DNA from: Octopus vulgaris
Taxonomy: Eukaryota
DNA: 64,000 nt
Reading direction: 5' to 3'
Assembly (NCBI GenBank): GCA_951406725.2
Contig: OX597822.1
Coordinates: forward strand, 35,278,001-35,342,000
Shown: piece by piece, positions 12,977 to 27,310 of the stretch
How the letters are laid out: every line of letters begins with the position of its first letter
How positions within the stretch are numbered: position 1 is the stretch's first letter
Made by a program: the position numbers and the translations under genes
The notes under the pieces: model-generated
Told to the model about the DNA's origin: nothing
The model's database searches: none
What the model saw: the letters and a program-made list of their open reading frames with translations, nothing else

Positions 12977-13745
12977 TATTAGGTCGTCAAGTATGAAATT
13001 TGTAGAAAAGAAAAAATGTTTGCGAATGTTTTTTAAATTCAAGGAATAGTTGTATTCATCAAAGTATGCCCCCATATTGTCAACACACTCTTGTCATTTC
13101 AGTGGTAGCTTGTCCAACCCGAACTGTAAAATCTTGGCAATCTAGAGTCAATAAAATCTTGGGAGACCTGTTTTACAGCATCATTGGAATTAATTTTTCT
13201 TTTTTTGCTATCAAAAAGTTATTCAGATTCTGGAATAAGTAGTAATCAGTGGGAGCAAGATCAGGTGAGTATGGTGGGTGATGGAGAACTTCCAACTCCA
13301 ACTCCTGTAGTTTCGCCAATGTCATTTTTACGTGTGGTCTGGCGTTGTCTTGCAATAAAATAGGAGTGGATCTGTTGACTAATCTATGCTGTTTTTTTTT
13401 ACGTTTCTGCATCATTTGGTCCGGCTGGCTGCAATATACTTCGGCTGCAATTGATGAGCCAGGTTTAATGAAATTATAATGGATTACACCTGCGCCAGAC
13501 CACCAAATACACACTATGAGCTTCTTTTGATAAATTTTGCCTTTCGGATTGTGTTTTTTGTGGCTTGTCTTTGTCCCACCATTGTGCTGAACGTTTACGG
13601 TTGTTGTATTGGATCCATTTCTCATCATATGTTACAATTCGATTCAAAAATAATTCATTTTGTGACGAGAAAGTAGCATAATGTAGGCTTCCAAACGTTG
13701 CTGTTTCTTATTTTCATTGAGTTCATGTGGAACCCACTAATCCAA
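12977..13745 (-). mobile_element. Mariner transposase pseudogene (DD34D type), 5'-truncated and frameshifted
   Basis: Motifs WVPHEL (about 13720-13737), IVTYDEKWI, LLQDNARPH and HPPYSPDLAPTDYYLF (ORF 13173-13628). Probable TA-flanked end near 12977. Confidence 0.93.
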
Positions 13746-13799
13746 CTTTTTCACTTTACTTTGAAGTCTTGTACCTTCATCAGAAGTCTTGTACCATGT

Positions 13800-13855
13800 T
13801 TGTTTTTGTTTTTTTTTGTTTTTTGAGGCTCAAGACTTTTCATACACCCCTCGTA
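13800..13855. mobile_element. Mariner-type terminal inverted repeat (single end)
   Basis: …GACTTTTCATACACCCCTCGTA resembles the TIR of the MITE at 56758-56975. Confidence 0.55.
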
Positions 13856-15139
13856 CATATATACATTCGTGTCTGTATGCGTGTGTTCATTTTTGTGCTT
13901 ATAATGTTTGTGCTTATAAATACATGTGTGAATAGATGTTTCTGTGTATAAATACATTAAAGATTCTAAAAATCATTATTGTGCTTCTATACTCTCACTT
14001 CCCGGCGCCTCAGTCAATCGTATTTACTTACACGTGTCTGACAATAAGGGATTTACTTCTACTAATTGCTTTTTATTGAAACTATATGAGAAGCGGAAAG
14101 AAATAATGAAAATCATAATAGTCGAAATTCATAAAAATGTTGTATGGCGTATTTCTATTTGTGATTAGTGATTATGGCTTATCTTGTTTATCAATTAAAC
14201 ACTCATTCCTGCAGGCATTTTAGACTTTCCTTTTTGAGATTTCACAGTTTATCAGGTCATTTCGTAATTTCATTATTCCATTATGCAATTATTTTTATAC
14301 TATAATCCCACTTTTTTTTCTATTATTTAATGAAGAGTAAAGAGAAAGAGGAAACCTTTTGGAACTCGTATTTAGCCTGTAGTCTAGACTGACCGGGCAG
14401 ACCAACGATCAAAGGCTTTCAAACTGTGAGAATTCTATCTTTTCAAGGTTATATCTTGGATTTTCATAATCTATGTTGTTTTAAGGCGAGGAACTGGCGA
14501 AATCATTAGCATGTTGAACAAGATATTTAGTAGCATTCCTTCTAGCATTTATCGTTTGTAATTCAAACACAGTGTGTTTATCATTCTTCATTCAAAGTCG
14601 TTATCTTTGTCATTCCGCTTTTCTGGTCGATAAAATAAGTACCAGTCAAACACTGTCGGTGATGTAATCAACTTTTCGCTTCTAAGATTGCTGTAAATGA
14701 ATATATAAAGATCCCTTCCGAAAATTATTTCAAAATGGGATTAATTGTTGTATAAATGTTTTCATCATATCTCGGTTCATAAACGTCGTTTAGTTCCAGT
14801 ACCGCACAGCTGAGATCAAAAATATTCCAGCTGCGACAATTTCCCCCCTGTTTGTATATCAATCTCCAGTCGAATATGTTTTTTTTTTCTGTTTGTTAAA
14901 ACGTCTGAGTAAAACTGGTTAGAGAGAAAGTGAGTTGACAGTTTAAAATCAAAATTTACGAAGGATTTCGGAGAGCGATAGAGAGAAAGATGTAGTGAAA
15001 GATGTAGAGGTTGACTTTGAATCATACGTAGAAGCTGGGAGTTATTATTGCTGCAACTCAAATAAGAAAGACGATAGACAAGGGAAATGTGCAGACGACA
15101 CCTTTTATAGTCAAATTTCGGTCAACAACTACTACTTGG

Positions 15140-15345
15140 TTTGTCCTCTGTCAGCTACGTCGAAGTGAATTCCTGTTGATCCGATCAACCGAACAGCCTG
15201 ATCGTGAAAGTTTCGTACAAATGGCTGAGCACTCTACACACATGTGTAACTTTAACGTAGTTCTCAGGGAGATTTTGCGTGACACAAAATGTGTCTTGGC
15301 TGACCCTTTGAAATACAGGTACTATTCACGTTTGGTAGCTGATTG
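15140..15345 (+). mobile_element. Probable SINE (third family), 3' part
   Basis: GATCCGATCAACCGAACAGCCTG…GGCTGAGCACT…AACGTAGTTCTCAGGGAGA…CCCTTTGAAATACAGGTAC, recalled as an interspersed cephalopod repeat. Single copy here. Confidence 0.45.
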
Positions 15346-15365
15346 CTCAAGAACACTACGCGCCG

Positions 15366-15514
15366 ATCTCACCATTAAGTGATCTCATCATTAAGAAATC
15401 TCACCATTAAGTGAGAACTCAAGATCTCACCATTACACGAACTCACCATTAAGTGAGAACTCAAGATCTCACCATTACACGAACTCACCATTAAACGAAC
15501 TCACTATTAAGCGA
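15366..15514. repeat. Irregular minisatellite with core CTCACCATTA
   Basis: Eight core copies with variable linkers, including a duplicated 42-bp higher-order unit. Confidence 0.9.
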
Positions 15515-16048
15515 TGCACCTTCACAGCAACTACTTATGTAAGAACACAGCGACTTATTTATACAACGATAAGACACACTGAAGATGGAGTTCAAGATAC
15601 GTCTAAGAGTCCTAATTTCTTTTACTTTGCAAGTCGTCCCTCCGCGTATGGAGAATATAAAAAATGGCAAACTTAGAAGCGGAGCTAATTCAACAGATAA
15701 TGTCAACCACGCTTACGGTAACTAATCATCTGTCTAGTCAAAATCATTATTCTAACAATTGAGTATATAGACGATAAAGAAACGAACTGAATGTTTACAT
15801 CAGATGTTTCTGAATTTACCGAGGGCAGTAAACACATTAGAATAATATGGCTGTTTATCAAAAAACAAAAACGTGAATAGGAAAGAGATAAATACATTAC
15901 ACTGGACTATTTTTATTATTTATTTCCTGTATTGTATAAACAAGATTTCATGTCTCTTATATTTTGTATTTTATGTGCAGAAACATAAACTTATTTTTCA
16001 AAATTTGATATTACTTACTTCATAGCGAGATATAACTCATGTCTCTTA

Positions 16049-16117
<69 letters not shown>

Positions 16118-16195
16118 CATACACACGCGTGCACGCATGCACACACCACATGTATACATACATTTGTATATATTTATACATATATATAAACATAC

Positions 16196-16228
<33 letters not shown>

Positions 16229-17863
16229 AACATATATATATGTATATATATTATATATATATATATATATATGCACATATAAGATACACACACACACACA
16301 CATTTATATATGCGCATACATATGCACATATAGGATATATATCTATGTGTATATGATGATGCATATGCATACATATCTATCTCTGTGAGCGTTCACATAT
16401 GTGTATGCATATGTGTATTACACATGTGTATACGTATGTATATGGCATTGTGGTATCGGTGTGTATATCCATGCATATATATGTATGCACACATAGAATT
16501 ATAATACATAGACTTAGCTAAAACATAAAGACAGAATTATTGTTCAACACTCCCGCTCCAGTCAATGTACATCGAACATAAACGCAGATAGAAACTTCTT
16601 AAAGTTAATGCACTAAGATATCCGCCAGCCACTACAAATACCACAAACTTATATTAAATTTAGCTAATATAACAGTTTGTTATAACTGCACTGGAAATAT
16701 ATTGCTCCCGTCGGTTTATAGTTAGAATAAATAGAAACATTTGTACACGCGAGTAAAGCAAATATTCTATCTCAACGCAACGACCTCTACACGTTGTTAC
16801 CTCATCGACGGTACCTAAATAAGGCCCTGAATTATCCAGGTATAGTATTGTTTTCTTGTTTGTTTGTTTGTTTTTGGTGGGGGTGTTTCTGCGATAACGA
16901 GAAGCTTTACATCGATTGTAAAAAAAAATTTAAAAAACACCACAAGGCAGTAAACGCGTACTAAAGCACATACATTTAAACACGCCTACGCAATCAGAAC
17001 AAATCTCAATACAGCTATCTTAATATAGCTGGTATCTAAAGAGAACACTATACCGTAGATACTTGATCAGTTATGAACCTTTAAATTTATGGGGCCATGG
17101 CTTTACTGACAAATTCATATGTGTGCACAGTCGAGATCTTGTGACAGACGAGACATTGAACTATATATATATATATATATCTCATCTCATCTTGGTCGTC
17201 CCAAAATAGGACTCTCAGGGCGCTGCTCTATGTGGTCCCGCAGTTTCCATCTAACTAGGAATATTAGCGTCTCATCCATTGTCTTGTATTCAAGATTCTC
17301 TAGCCAGGTATCTCATCTGTTAGGTCCTACCGCTAACTAAATCCACACCATGCTGCCGACGCTTCGACTTATTGTCGTTAAGGTTTTGTCTCTCACCTAC
17401 CCTTCGACCTGTCTGACCTGGTAGACCTCTCTGACCTGGTAGAAGATTCTCTTCCTCCGGCATAGGTCTCCGATCAATGGAGCACATAGGCACTTCACCG
17501 CGACAAGGTACTCGATGACTTGGCCGTTGACTACACAGTAGATTTTCCGCCCTATGAGGGGTCTCATTTTCCGTCCCGCAGGGTGTCCAACAATCACCCT
17601 CTTCACCAAGCAAGCTTGATGAGGTTGCCAGCTTAGTCGCCGATGACCCAACCATACGATAGGTTGTACTGATTACATGTTACCAGTAGCATTCAAGAGC
17701 AACCTGACAAATAAAGCAAGAGATAAAATTAGAAGCGCGAAAATATGCATTTTTGCAGGTATTCTCAAATACAGACATTTTAGTTTCAATAAGTTGAAAA
17801 CCATGCAATATTACATTATTATGTCTGTGGAGAGTCATCCTCTATTAGAGCCTTATTCATAAT

Positions 17864-18098
17864 AAGGCGGCGATCTGTCAGAAACATTAGCACGCCGGGC
17901 GAAATGCTTAGCGGTATTTCGTCTGCCGCTACGTTCTGAGTTCAAATTCCGCCGAGGTCGACTTTGCCTTTCATCGTTTCGGGGTCGATAAATTAAGTAC
18001 CAGTTACACACTAGGGTCGATTTAATCGACTTAATCCCTCTGTCTGTCCTTGTTTGTCCTCTCTATGTTTAGCCCCTTGTGGGCAATAAAGAAATAAG
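17864..18098 (+). mobile_element. SINE family A, full-length monomer
   Basis: AGGCGGCGA…GAGTTCAAATTCC (B-box-like), central GTCGACTTTGCCTTTCATC…GTCGATAAATTAAGTACCAG (resembles the Meta-SINE domain as I recall it), tail GGGCAATAAAGAAATAA. Confidence 0.9.
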
Positions 18099-18555
18099 AA
18101 ACTTTAGCACTCATTTCCACTCATTTACTTATTTATTTTTACTAAAATTTTTGTTGCGACTCGCAACCTTTTCAATAGTCTTTGACTCTATCCGTTATCG
18201 GAATTGCCTTCCTTTTCTTTTTTGTACGCATGCGTATGCTTGTATGTGTGTGCATACACATATGTATATATGCATGTGTGTATGTATGCTTGTGTATACA
18301 CGTATATGTGTGTATGCATGTGTGCACATATGTATGTATGTACTGTTTCTGTACATGCATGCTTGTGTGCATGCATGTATGTGTGTATGCCTATGTATGC
18401 ATGCGTGCGCGTTGGTATGTGTGCATTGTTTCAGCTCCTTAAATGAAAATTAAGGTTCTTTCATCAAAAGAATGTGGGTTATTTCTAAGTAAAGAGCTGA
18501 AACAATATGCATCATATACACACATTGATATGTATCCTATATGTGCATATTTAGG

Positions 18556-18613
<58 letters not shown>

Positions 18614-18702
18614 AGTATGTATCTTTTGTGTGCATATATATATATATACATATGTGTGTGTGTATATATATATATACATATATGTGTATATATATATATA
18701 CA

Positions 18703-18741
<39 letters not shown>

Positions 18742-19116
18742 TCATGTTTTTGTGTGTGTGTGTGTTTGTGAACACACACGTACATACATATTTACTTATG
18801 TGTATGCATACGCACACTGATGTACACGCATGCGTACAAAAAAAACGCAATTCCGATAACGGACAGAATTAAAGACTATTGAAAAGTTTGCAAGTCACAC
18901 CGAAAATTTTAGTAATAAAAATATGAATGACTGGAAATCAGTGAGTGTTAAATTAATGAGGCTCTAAAAGAGAATGACTCGCCCCCGACACAATAAAATA
19001 TGCTTCAACACACGAATTCACATAAAGAATACATGCAGTATTATGTTTAGAGCAATAACGAGGTAGTCGTCTATAAAGTTGCAGGGAAGTCTATAAGAGC
19101 AGGCCTTGGCATAGCT

Positions 19117-19480
19117 ATAAGCACACGGATGGCAAAATGGTTGAGAAGCTACCTCTGCAACTATCTGGTTTCGGGTTCTGCCACACTGCGCTAAAACTCG
19201 GGCTAGTGCCTCTTACATAACATCAGGCCGACATATGCTTTGTGAGTGCATTTAGTTAATGAAAAGCGTTTGGAAGCCTCATGTATATATGCGTATGTCT
19301 TTTTGGTGTTGTTACCTTTGTCCCCACCACATTTACAAACAGTTCAGCAAAAGAACCCAATGCAATAAGAACCAGACTTTAAATCGATAAGTACTGGGGT
19401 TGATTTGTTCAACTAAAACCCTTCGAGCCGGTACCCCGGCATAACAGCAGTCTAATGACTGACGCAAATAAAATATATGA
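19117..19480 (+). mobile_element. Old degenerate SINE family B
   Basis: Patchy similarity from head to tail. Confidence 0.6.
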
Positions 19481-20014
19481 TAAAACATCGATAAACGGAC
19501 TTCTTCTATCAGGCGGTATGATAATACACGTTAACTGTGTTGTAGTAATCTCTGTTCAGCACCACCAACAACAACAACAAAATATTCTTGAAATGCCATA
19601 CTATGTCATACCGACCCAACTAACCACTGGCTGTATAATCAAAATCTTGAGATATATTCATTCATTAATTGAATTTCGATATCAGCGTGTCAGTGAAAAA
19701 TGGAAATCAGACACGGGAATGTCCGATACAGACGGCCGGGAACCTAAATTTTGACGAAATAAATTCTGCAATATACTTATAGGCATAGAATATTTATCTC
19801 CCTTTTTTACTGTAAAACTCATATGCGTTTGTGTTTGAGCGTATAATTTCATACACCCACAGAAACAACACACACACACGTAATCCTATGTACGCAGATG
19901 AAGAAGTATTAGATTAAATAGCTATCTATGTGTAATAGATAACATATATACATATATATATGAGTGTGTGTGTGTATATACATACTTAAATACAGACGCA
20001 TACATACAAACATA

Positions 20015-20083
<69 letters not shown>

Positions 20084-20245
20084 GGAGCAACTAATTCAGG
20101 ATAAAATATTTGCAAAGATATTATTGACTTTATTATTATCTAGTGTAGCAATTAAAAATGATAATAACAGAATCAATAATATAGGTGATTGCAGGCCCAA
20201 AAGGCATTAAATAGCTGGCGGATTAAAATTAAGTATGTCCTTTGA

Positions 20246-20322
<77 letters not shown>

Positions 20323-21233
20323 CGTATATATGTATGAGTGTGTGTGTGTGTGTAGATACAATATTCTGTTATACAAGCAAAAATTACATATTGAAAAAAT
20401 GATTAAAGAGTAACATACTCAGATATGTATGGAACTTCATTTATCTAAAACTTAGTATCTTCACTACAGTACTCTGTCATTCAGTCGAAATAGAGAGAGT
20501 GAGACAGAGGGAGAGACAGAGATGCGGAGATACAGAGAGTAGCGTCTGTTGCCCTTTCTAGTGCCTCCGAAACTAAGTGAGGAACGAAGATTTCCTGAGA
20601 CAAGTAACGTTGACTAAATGCTTGCACCATTCTGGTCGCCACAAGAAACACTCAAGCTACTTGGTGGTGGTGTAAAACAAAGGACATTGTTAAGTCTCCC
20701 ACACAAGTAGGCCATGGTGGTATTTGAAATGAAGACACAAAACCAAAGAGAACATAGCTTATCCGTTTCCATTATCTTACGATTCCCACTATTAAGTACC
20801 CACCTTGGATTGATCATTGCAATGATGAAAGACAAAGTTGACTTCGGCGCGATTTTAACTCAGATCACTAAGTCGAAACAAAATAGCAATGTCCGACGCA
20901 TTGCATGTATATATGTCATTATTCAGTTTTATTTTTAGATTTCTTGTCAATAAAGAAAGAGTCGGTTTCTAACCTAGACCCGAGACTCCGTCATTAAAAG
21001 TTCAACATCAACAACAGGGTATTTTTGTGTGTATGTATGTATGTACGAATTCGTGCAGATTTGTATGTTTTGTTTTATGTACGTATTCTCATGCATATAC
21101 TTACAGATCTAGACATGCTTACATATACTTAAATGATAATCTTCTGGATAGCTTTGCAGACTTTTACAGTTCCAGTGATGGCTTGGATCTGTAGCCTTCG
21201 AATCAGCTTTCTTGTTTCTGGTTTTGAGGTATG

Positions 21234-21264
<31 letters not shown>

Positions 21265-23149
21265 TCTCTCTCGCTTTTTAATTTAGGCTGTGAACGAAAG
21301 TATCTTATTTTGTTCAACATCCTTTAAATCACAAGACGGTCTTGAAGATTTTTATTGTCCAAATTATGGTAATCAGTTGTAGCGTATGAATTAAGGATTT
21401 GCATTCTCTCCCGAAGGACGCAAGTTCAGCCATACCTTACTCCTTAGGGTTTGGAATACAAACCTGTTGCTCCAATTATAAGGGGTATGAAACTGAAAAG
21501 TGTATCTTGGGTACTGGATTTGCAAACTCCTTACTAATGCTCCATAGATGTTGACTTACTCTTGTATTTTTCTAAACACATTGGTGTCCAGGGGACAGCT
21601 TATTTCCTTGTATGTATGGACTTATATATGTATTATATACGCATGTATGTATATTCACTTTAAGCTCATGGACCCACTACATCAATGTTAGTGGGTTCAT
21701 CAGCCATATAAAAAATGGTAGAAAACATGAGATATATGCTCCTTAAATGGAAAGTAAGGTTTTTTGATCAAAGGAATGTGGCTTATTTCTAAGTAAAGAG
21801 CTGAAACAATAAGTTTCGCCGGAGATTGTAGAAATTAACCGTTGCACGGTAGAATGTTACTTTCTTTTAATTATGTCTTAGAACGTTTTTGTATTGAAAC
21901 TGGTGATATGTGTTTTTGGTAATCCCATGCAAGTTCTTGGTCTTATCAAAATTCCTAAATGTTCTTACTCTTCTTTATTGTTTTATTATTTTTTTGTAAT
22001 CTTCTTTTTGGAAAAGACGGGTGTAGTGGCAGAATTTAACCTTCTAGATAAGCTGAAACAAGCCGTATTTGAAAGGTCATAAGAGAGCTGGTTACAGAGA
22101 ACTTAGGAGACTTTAGTCTATATATATTATCGGTTGGATTGTTGATAGACATTTTCCCTGCCCACTTGTCTCTCGAGCTACATTTCCCCACAAACACTAC
22201 TTCATATATTCATACATATTCTCCTTTATTTTCCTTTTTCTTTCTCCCCATCTATCTGTTCCACTTCAGCAATCCCTGAAATTGCATCACTCTCTCTCCT
22301 TGCTACCCTATCTTTTTAGTTAATTACGTACATATTCCCAACAGTATAGCAATACTATATATTTCCCAGCAACATTAATTTTTCTAGTTTCACATGCTAG
22401 AGCTAACGCTTAATTCCTACCTAAATATAGATAAAGTCACGCATATAAACGGCACAATCCGTGTATAATATGCAGTCTAGCTTCATACTGTATCTTGATT
22501 ACATATAGAATATTGAAACCGAAAAACAAAAACAGAAATAATACGATAAAAGCACGATATAAATATCGCATTTACCCTTTTTTTAATGTATTTTACAAAA
22601 GTGCACAACACTCTGAAAATAAGTATAAATATTATATTCAAAATTATCGTACAAATATGAACCGTTACATTAATAAGCGTAATGTTTGACATGCATAATG
22701 TAAAATATTATATCTTCCTATAATTAATATATTTTAAATTACTTTCAAATCCTACATTTTCTTTTCCGTTTTGGATATTTGAATAATTTGTGGAGTATTC
22801 TATAAATAGAATTTTCACGAGTGATATATAGTATTAAGAGGAATGTTATGCTGATACGGTCTGATAAGGCCGTAAAGTGCTCAAGGGGAAATATTCTCTC
22901 AAGGACTTAATTTTTTATTATCAATTTCTTGCTAAATTTACGTTGTTAGTTCTTCAACTGAAAGGGAAATTCCAGAAAAAAATTAGAAAGTCTTCAAAGT
23001 TATTCAGTATATTCTATGTATATGGGTGTGATATTTTGTGTGCGTGCGTGTTAGTGTTTGGAGGTGTGTGTGTGAATATATATGTGTGTGTGTGTTAGGG
23101 TTGAAATACTGAATAACAGATGTAAAACATTCTCAGTTTATTGGAATTT

Positions 23150-23590
23150 CACACTGCACCAACGAGAAGCGTCAACTCGCCAGATGCTGAGATCAACAAA
23201 TGGACTGGCATCGAAGTGCAAACTCCAAACTGTTCAGTTATCTTACTGCACAAAAATGTTTGGAATAACAAGCATATGAGGAAAGACATAAATATAAACT
23301 TGCAGAGAACTGTATAAGGACCACCCTTTTGTACGGCTCCGACATGTGAATCCCCTTGCATCACAAACTGTGACTGCTTGAGCGTTTCCAATGCGATGGC
23401 ATCGCTTTATTTTGTAATGCTCTAGAGTAATTCTGCTTCCTACACTTACTTTCTTAAACAAAGTTATGATATAGCAAATTATGCTGTTTAATTCACAACA
23501 TACAATTCTGTTGGGCAGAACACGTTTCCAAGATGAGGCATCAAAGCCTCCACAGGATTGTGTTGCATAACAACTTTTCTCTGACCGCTG
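23150..23590 (+). mobile_element. Degenerate RTE-clade LINE fragment
   Basis: Frame-broken motifs TLLYGS.TW, LLERF and WAEHVSKM, resembling the post-RT region of RTE elements. Confidence 0.55.
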
Positions 23591-24771
23591 AGTGAATCCA
23601 GTCTCGAAAGAAACGGTACAGAGACTCACTAAACAAAGTCCTTGTTATTTGTGGCGATCACCATTACCAATGGTCCAGGGTAGTTTTTAACGGTTCTCTA
23701 TCTATGCTTGATCAGCACAATTAAGAGATCGTCGGGCGAGAGATCTTGGGATTCGAACCTATTTCGAGACACTTTGTGTAAGTGTTTCCTACAATAAATT
23801 TGAATTAACTAATATCTTAGGTATGCAATTTGGTAAACGGAAATTGCTTAGAAGCCTATTGTATATTTATGCGTATGTGTGCATATGTTTGTGTGTTAGT
23901 ATAATGTGTCTGTGCCTGCGTATGGTTGTATATCCATATGCGCATATTTACTGCTATAAATCCAAGTGTATGTTTCTTTTTCAAAGAGGGAACTGAACTG
24001 TTCAATAAATATGGGTCGATGAAATAGTACCAGACTGAAATAAGTACTAAAGTCGATGCGATGGACTAAAACAATCAAAGGCAGTGTCACAGCATAGTCG
24101 CAGTCCAATAACTGAACCTGATAATCGAACGCCCACACACACATACACGCACACACAAATATCTATCTAGGTAGGTAAATAGACAGATATATTAGATCGA
24201 TAGGTATATTAGATCGATAGTTATATTAGATATATTACATAGATAGACAGATAGATAGATATTGAAGAGAAGAAATATCACTTTATATTCAAACAAAAGC
24301 AAGAATTTTCCACGAAATATGATATAATTTTATACATCAATGATCAATATAATGGTTAAAGGCTCATCTAACGCCATGTATATTGTAAATTGATGTCTAA
24401 CGTAGACAGCTGAGCATATATTGAAGGGATTTCTATAGCCAACACGCAACTAATTTTATCGGCCTTCGATAGTTGAAAGACATTTGAACTCAACGAGATC
24501 ACAATGCCGGACACAAAATATATCAAAGCGTTTTGTCAAAAATATTACCGTTTCTTTGAAATATTAGAAATAAATATGTTATCACTTATGGGTCTAAGAA
24601 AATCTGAAAAGGCCGAGAAAGAAAAATTCATTGCGTATGCTTGTGTGTGTCCGTGTCATTGTGAGTGCGTGAGTTTTTGTCTGCGCGCGTGCATGTGTGT
24701 GTGTGTGTATGTGTAAGTTCTTAATATTTAGCAGGCAGTAAAATAGATCATCAAGCAAAGCCGAATTCACG

Positions 24772-24834
<63 letters not shown>

Positions 24835-24850
24835 CATACATACAGATACA

Positions 24851-26496
24851 TACTGGGTGCATAAGAGGACAGACAGTTTTGGGATCGTTGCTGCAGTTTT
24901 TGCTGACCCTGTATAATCTTTATCTCAGAAAATAATAATTGCAGGCCCTCAGATTATTCAAGAAATGAAGAGGCATTTCTTAAAGGCGGCGAGCTGGCAG
25001 AAACGTTAGCACGCTAGGCGAAATGCTTAGCGGTATTTCGTCTGCCGCTATATTCTGAGTTCAAATTCAGCCGAGGTCAACTTTGCCTTTCATCCTTTCG
25101 GGGTCAATAAATTAAGTACCAGTGACGCACTGGGGTCGATGTAATCGACTTAATCCCTCTGTCTGTACTTGTTTGTCCCCTCTATGTTTAGCCCCTTGTG
25201 GGCAATAAAGAAATAGGTATTTCGTCTGCCGTTACGTTCTGAGTTCAAATTCCGCTGAGGTCGGCTTTGCCTTTCATCCTTTTGCGGTCGATAAAGTAAG
25301 TACCAGTTACGCACTGGGGTCGATGTAATCGACTTAATCCCTCTGTCTGTCCTTGTTTGTCCCCTCTATGTTTAGCCTCTTGTGGGCAATAAAGAAATAA
25401 GAAATGAAGAGGCATTTAGAAATATCTCGATTTTTAAAAGTTCCCAGATCTTTCGTCTTCAAAGTTTGTAAGGAGCTAGAGACTAAAGATAGAAACGTAT
25501 CACCAGTATCAAAGCATGAAATGCATTCTAAACGCTCTGAAATTATCAGAACACCTGAATTTATCCAGCAAGTTCAACAGACCATTGATTACTATTCCAG
25601 AAAGTCCATGAGGTCAACTGCAAAAGATCTCCATGTGTCAGAATGGTCGGAAATGTTGTCCATGAAGACATCAGATACAAATCTTATATGATGAGGAAAG
25701 GTCAAATTGTCAGAAAAAGCAAAAGAAAATCACTGCATCAGATCTAAAAGGCCCTTAAACAAACTGAAAAATCCAGCAGAAGAAGATTTGATTTTTCTCA
25801 AACGAGAAAGTCTTCAACTAAGATCAAAAAGTTAAAAGAAATGACAGGTTATGTGCAGACACTTCTGAATTCCACGTGTTATGCATACAAAATTTCCTGC
25901 AGCTGCCATGGTTTTAGGGGTTGTCAGCAATGAAGGACATGTGATACCTCCTTACTTCTTTCCATAAGGCCTGAGATTTAACTCTGCCGCCTACAGTGAG
26001 GTCCTAGAAATAATTGTTAAGCCCTGAATAGACAGTGTATGCAATGTAAGGTCATCTGTGTTTCAGTAAGTCTCTGCACTATCACACATGGCTCTAATAG
26101 CACAAGAATGGATAGCTGACAAGTTTCATTATCACAGAATCCCTAACATTTGGCCTCCTAATTCCCCCAGATATCAATGTATTGGACTATTTATATGTGG
26201 AGGATTGTTGAGAGAGAGGTCAATGAACACGCCCAAATAACAAATATTCTTTCAAAGCGGTGCAGAGGAATGTCCAAAATAAACCAGGACCACTTGATTC
26301 GAGCTTGTAGATGATTTAGATCCCATATAGAAGCAGTTGTTGAAGCTGAAAGTGGCTTTATTGAACAACATTATGAAAAGAAGGTTTATTTTTACCCTCA
26401 CAGCATTTTTTATAAATAAAGTTATTATCTGTTATTATATATCTGTTTTTTTTTTATAAACATAAATCTGTCCTCAAATATCTTACACACCCTGTA
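24851..26496 (+). mobile_element. Tc1/mariner superfamily relic (maT/DD37D-like), interrupted by a SINE dimer
   Basis: Imperfect TIRs TACTGGGTGCATAAGAGGACAGA / TCTGTCCTC…TCTTACACACCCTGTA. Helix-turn-helix-like ORF 25404-25691. Broken motifs MVLGVVSNEGHV.PP.FF and WPPNSPD.N.LDY. Confidence 0.85.
24983..25398 (+). mobile_element. SINE family A partial dimer with 19-bp target-site duplication
   Basis: Two tandem units, flanked by AAGAAATGAAGAGGCATTT at 24960-24978 and 25399-25417. Confidence 0.93.
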
Positions 26497-26504
26497 TGTA
26501 TGTA

Positions 26505-26547
<43 letters not shown>

Positions 26548-26894
26548 CACACCCTGTATGTATGTGTGTATATATATATAATTTAGCGCCACCTAAGCAA
26601 ATAAAAGCAAATAAAAGCAGTAGAGAGTAGTTGCTTACAGAGCACAAACAGCCAGGACATTGCATCGCGTCCTATGTTTTAATCTCGCGCCAATTTCGGC
26701 TTTAGGTAGGTAGCATTTTTTATCGACCCCCGACAAGATGAAAAGCAAATCTGAAGACGGTGTTATTTCATTATAGAGACAAAAGAAGCTGGAACAAAGA
26801 CTACGTGGCAGCTATGTAGGTATATATACACGTATGTGTATGTGTGGATAGATCGATCGATAGATAGATAGATATGCAAAATTTAGCCTTGATC

Positions 26895-27310
26895 ATCGAT
26901 AAAAATTCATAGATAACAAACATTTACTGGTATTGTATATATACCAGTAAATGGTATATATTTTTCAAATGTATTAGTAGTATCATGTCCATTAATCATA
27001 CAAAACTTGAGTAGGATTTCAACTTTTCTTTTAGCGTCATAATGAACCAATAAGATGAAATTTGAAACTCCCCTGTCAGATCTAATATACATGTACACAC
27101 ATAGTCAGAGGCACACGCACACTCATACACGTATATCTATATATGTATGTAGATAAGCATATTGGATCTGACAGGGATTCCAAGTTTCAACTTAGTGGTC
27201 GAATAAGTTGCTAAGGGAAAACTTCAAGGCCCGGTCAACTCAAATATGATTAATGGAGTGATGCTACGAATATAAACATCAATGAATGTTTGTTGTTATC
27301 TATCATCGAT
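26895..27310. repeat. Diverged inverted pair (about 26895-27090 and 27157-27310) around a microsatellite
   Basis: CCCTGTCAGATCTAATAT / ATATTGGATCTGACAGGG and CCATTAATCATA / TATGATTAATGG, with collinear weaker similarity between and beyond. Confidence 0.75.

Noticed and set aside
15366-15514. CRISPR-like array
   Set aside because: Eukaryotic context, 10-bp core, short linkers that are themselves repeated, no cas genes.
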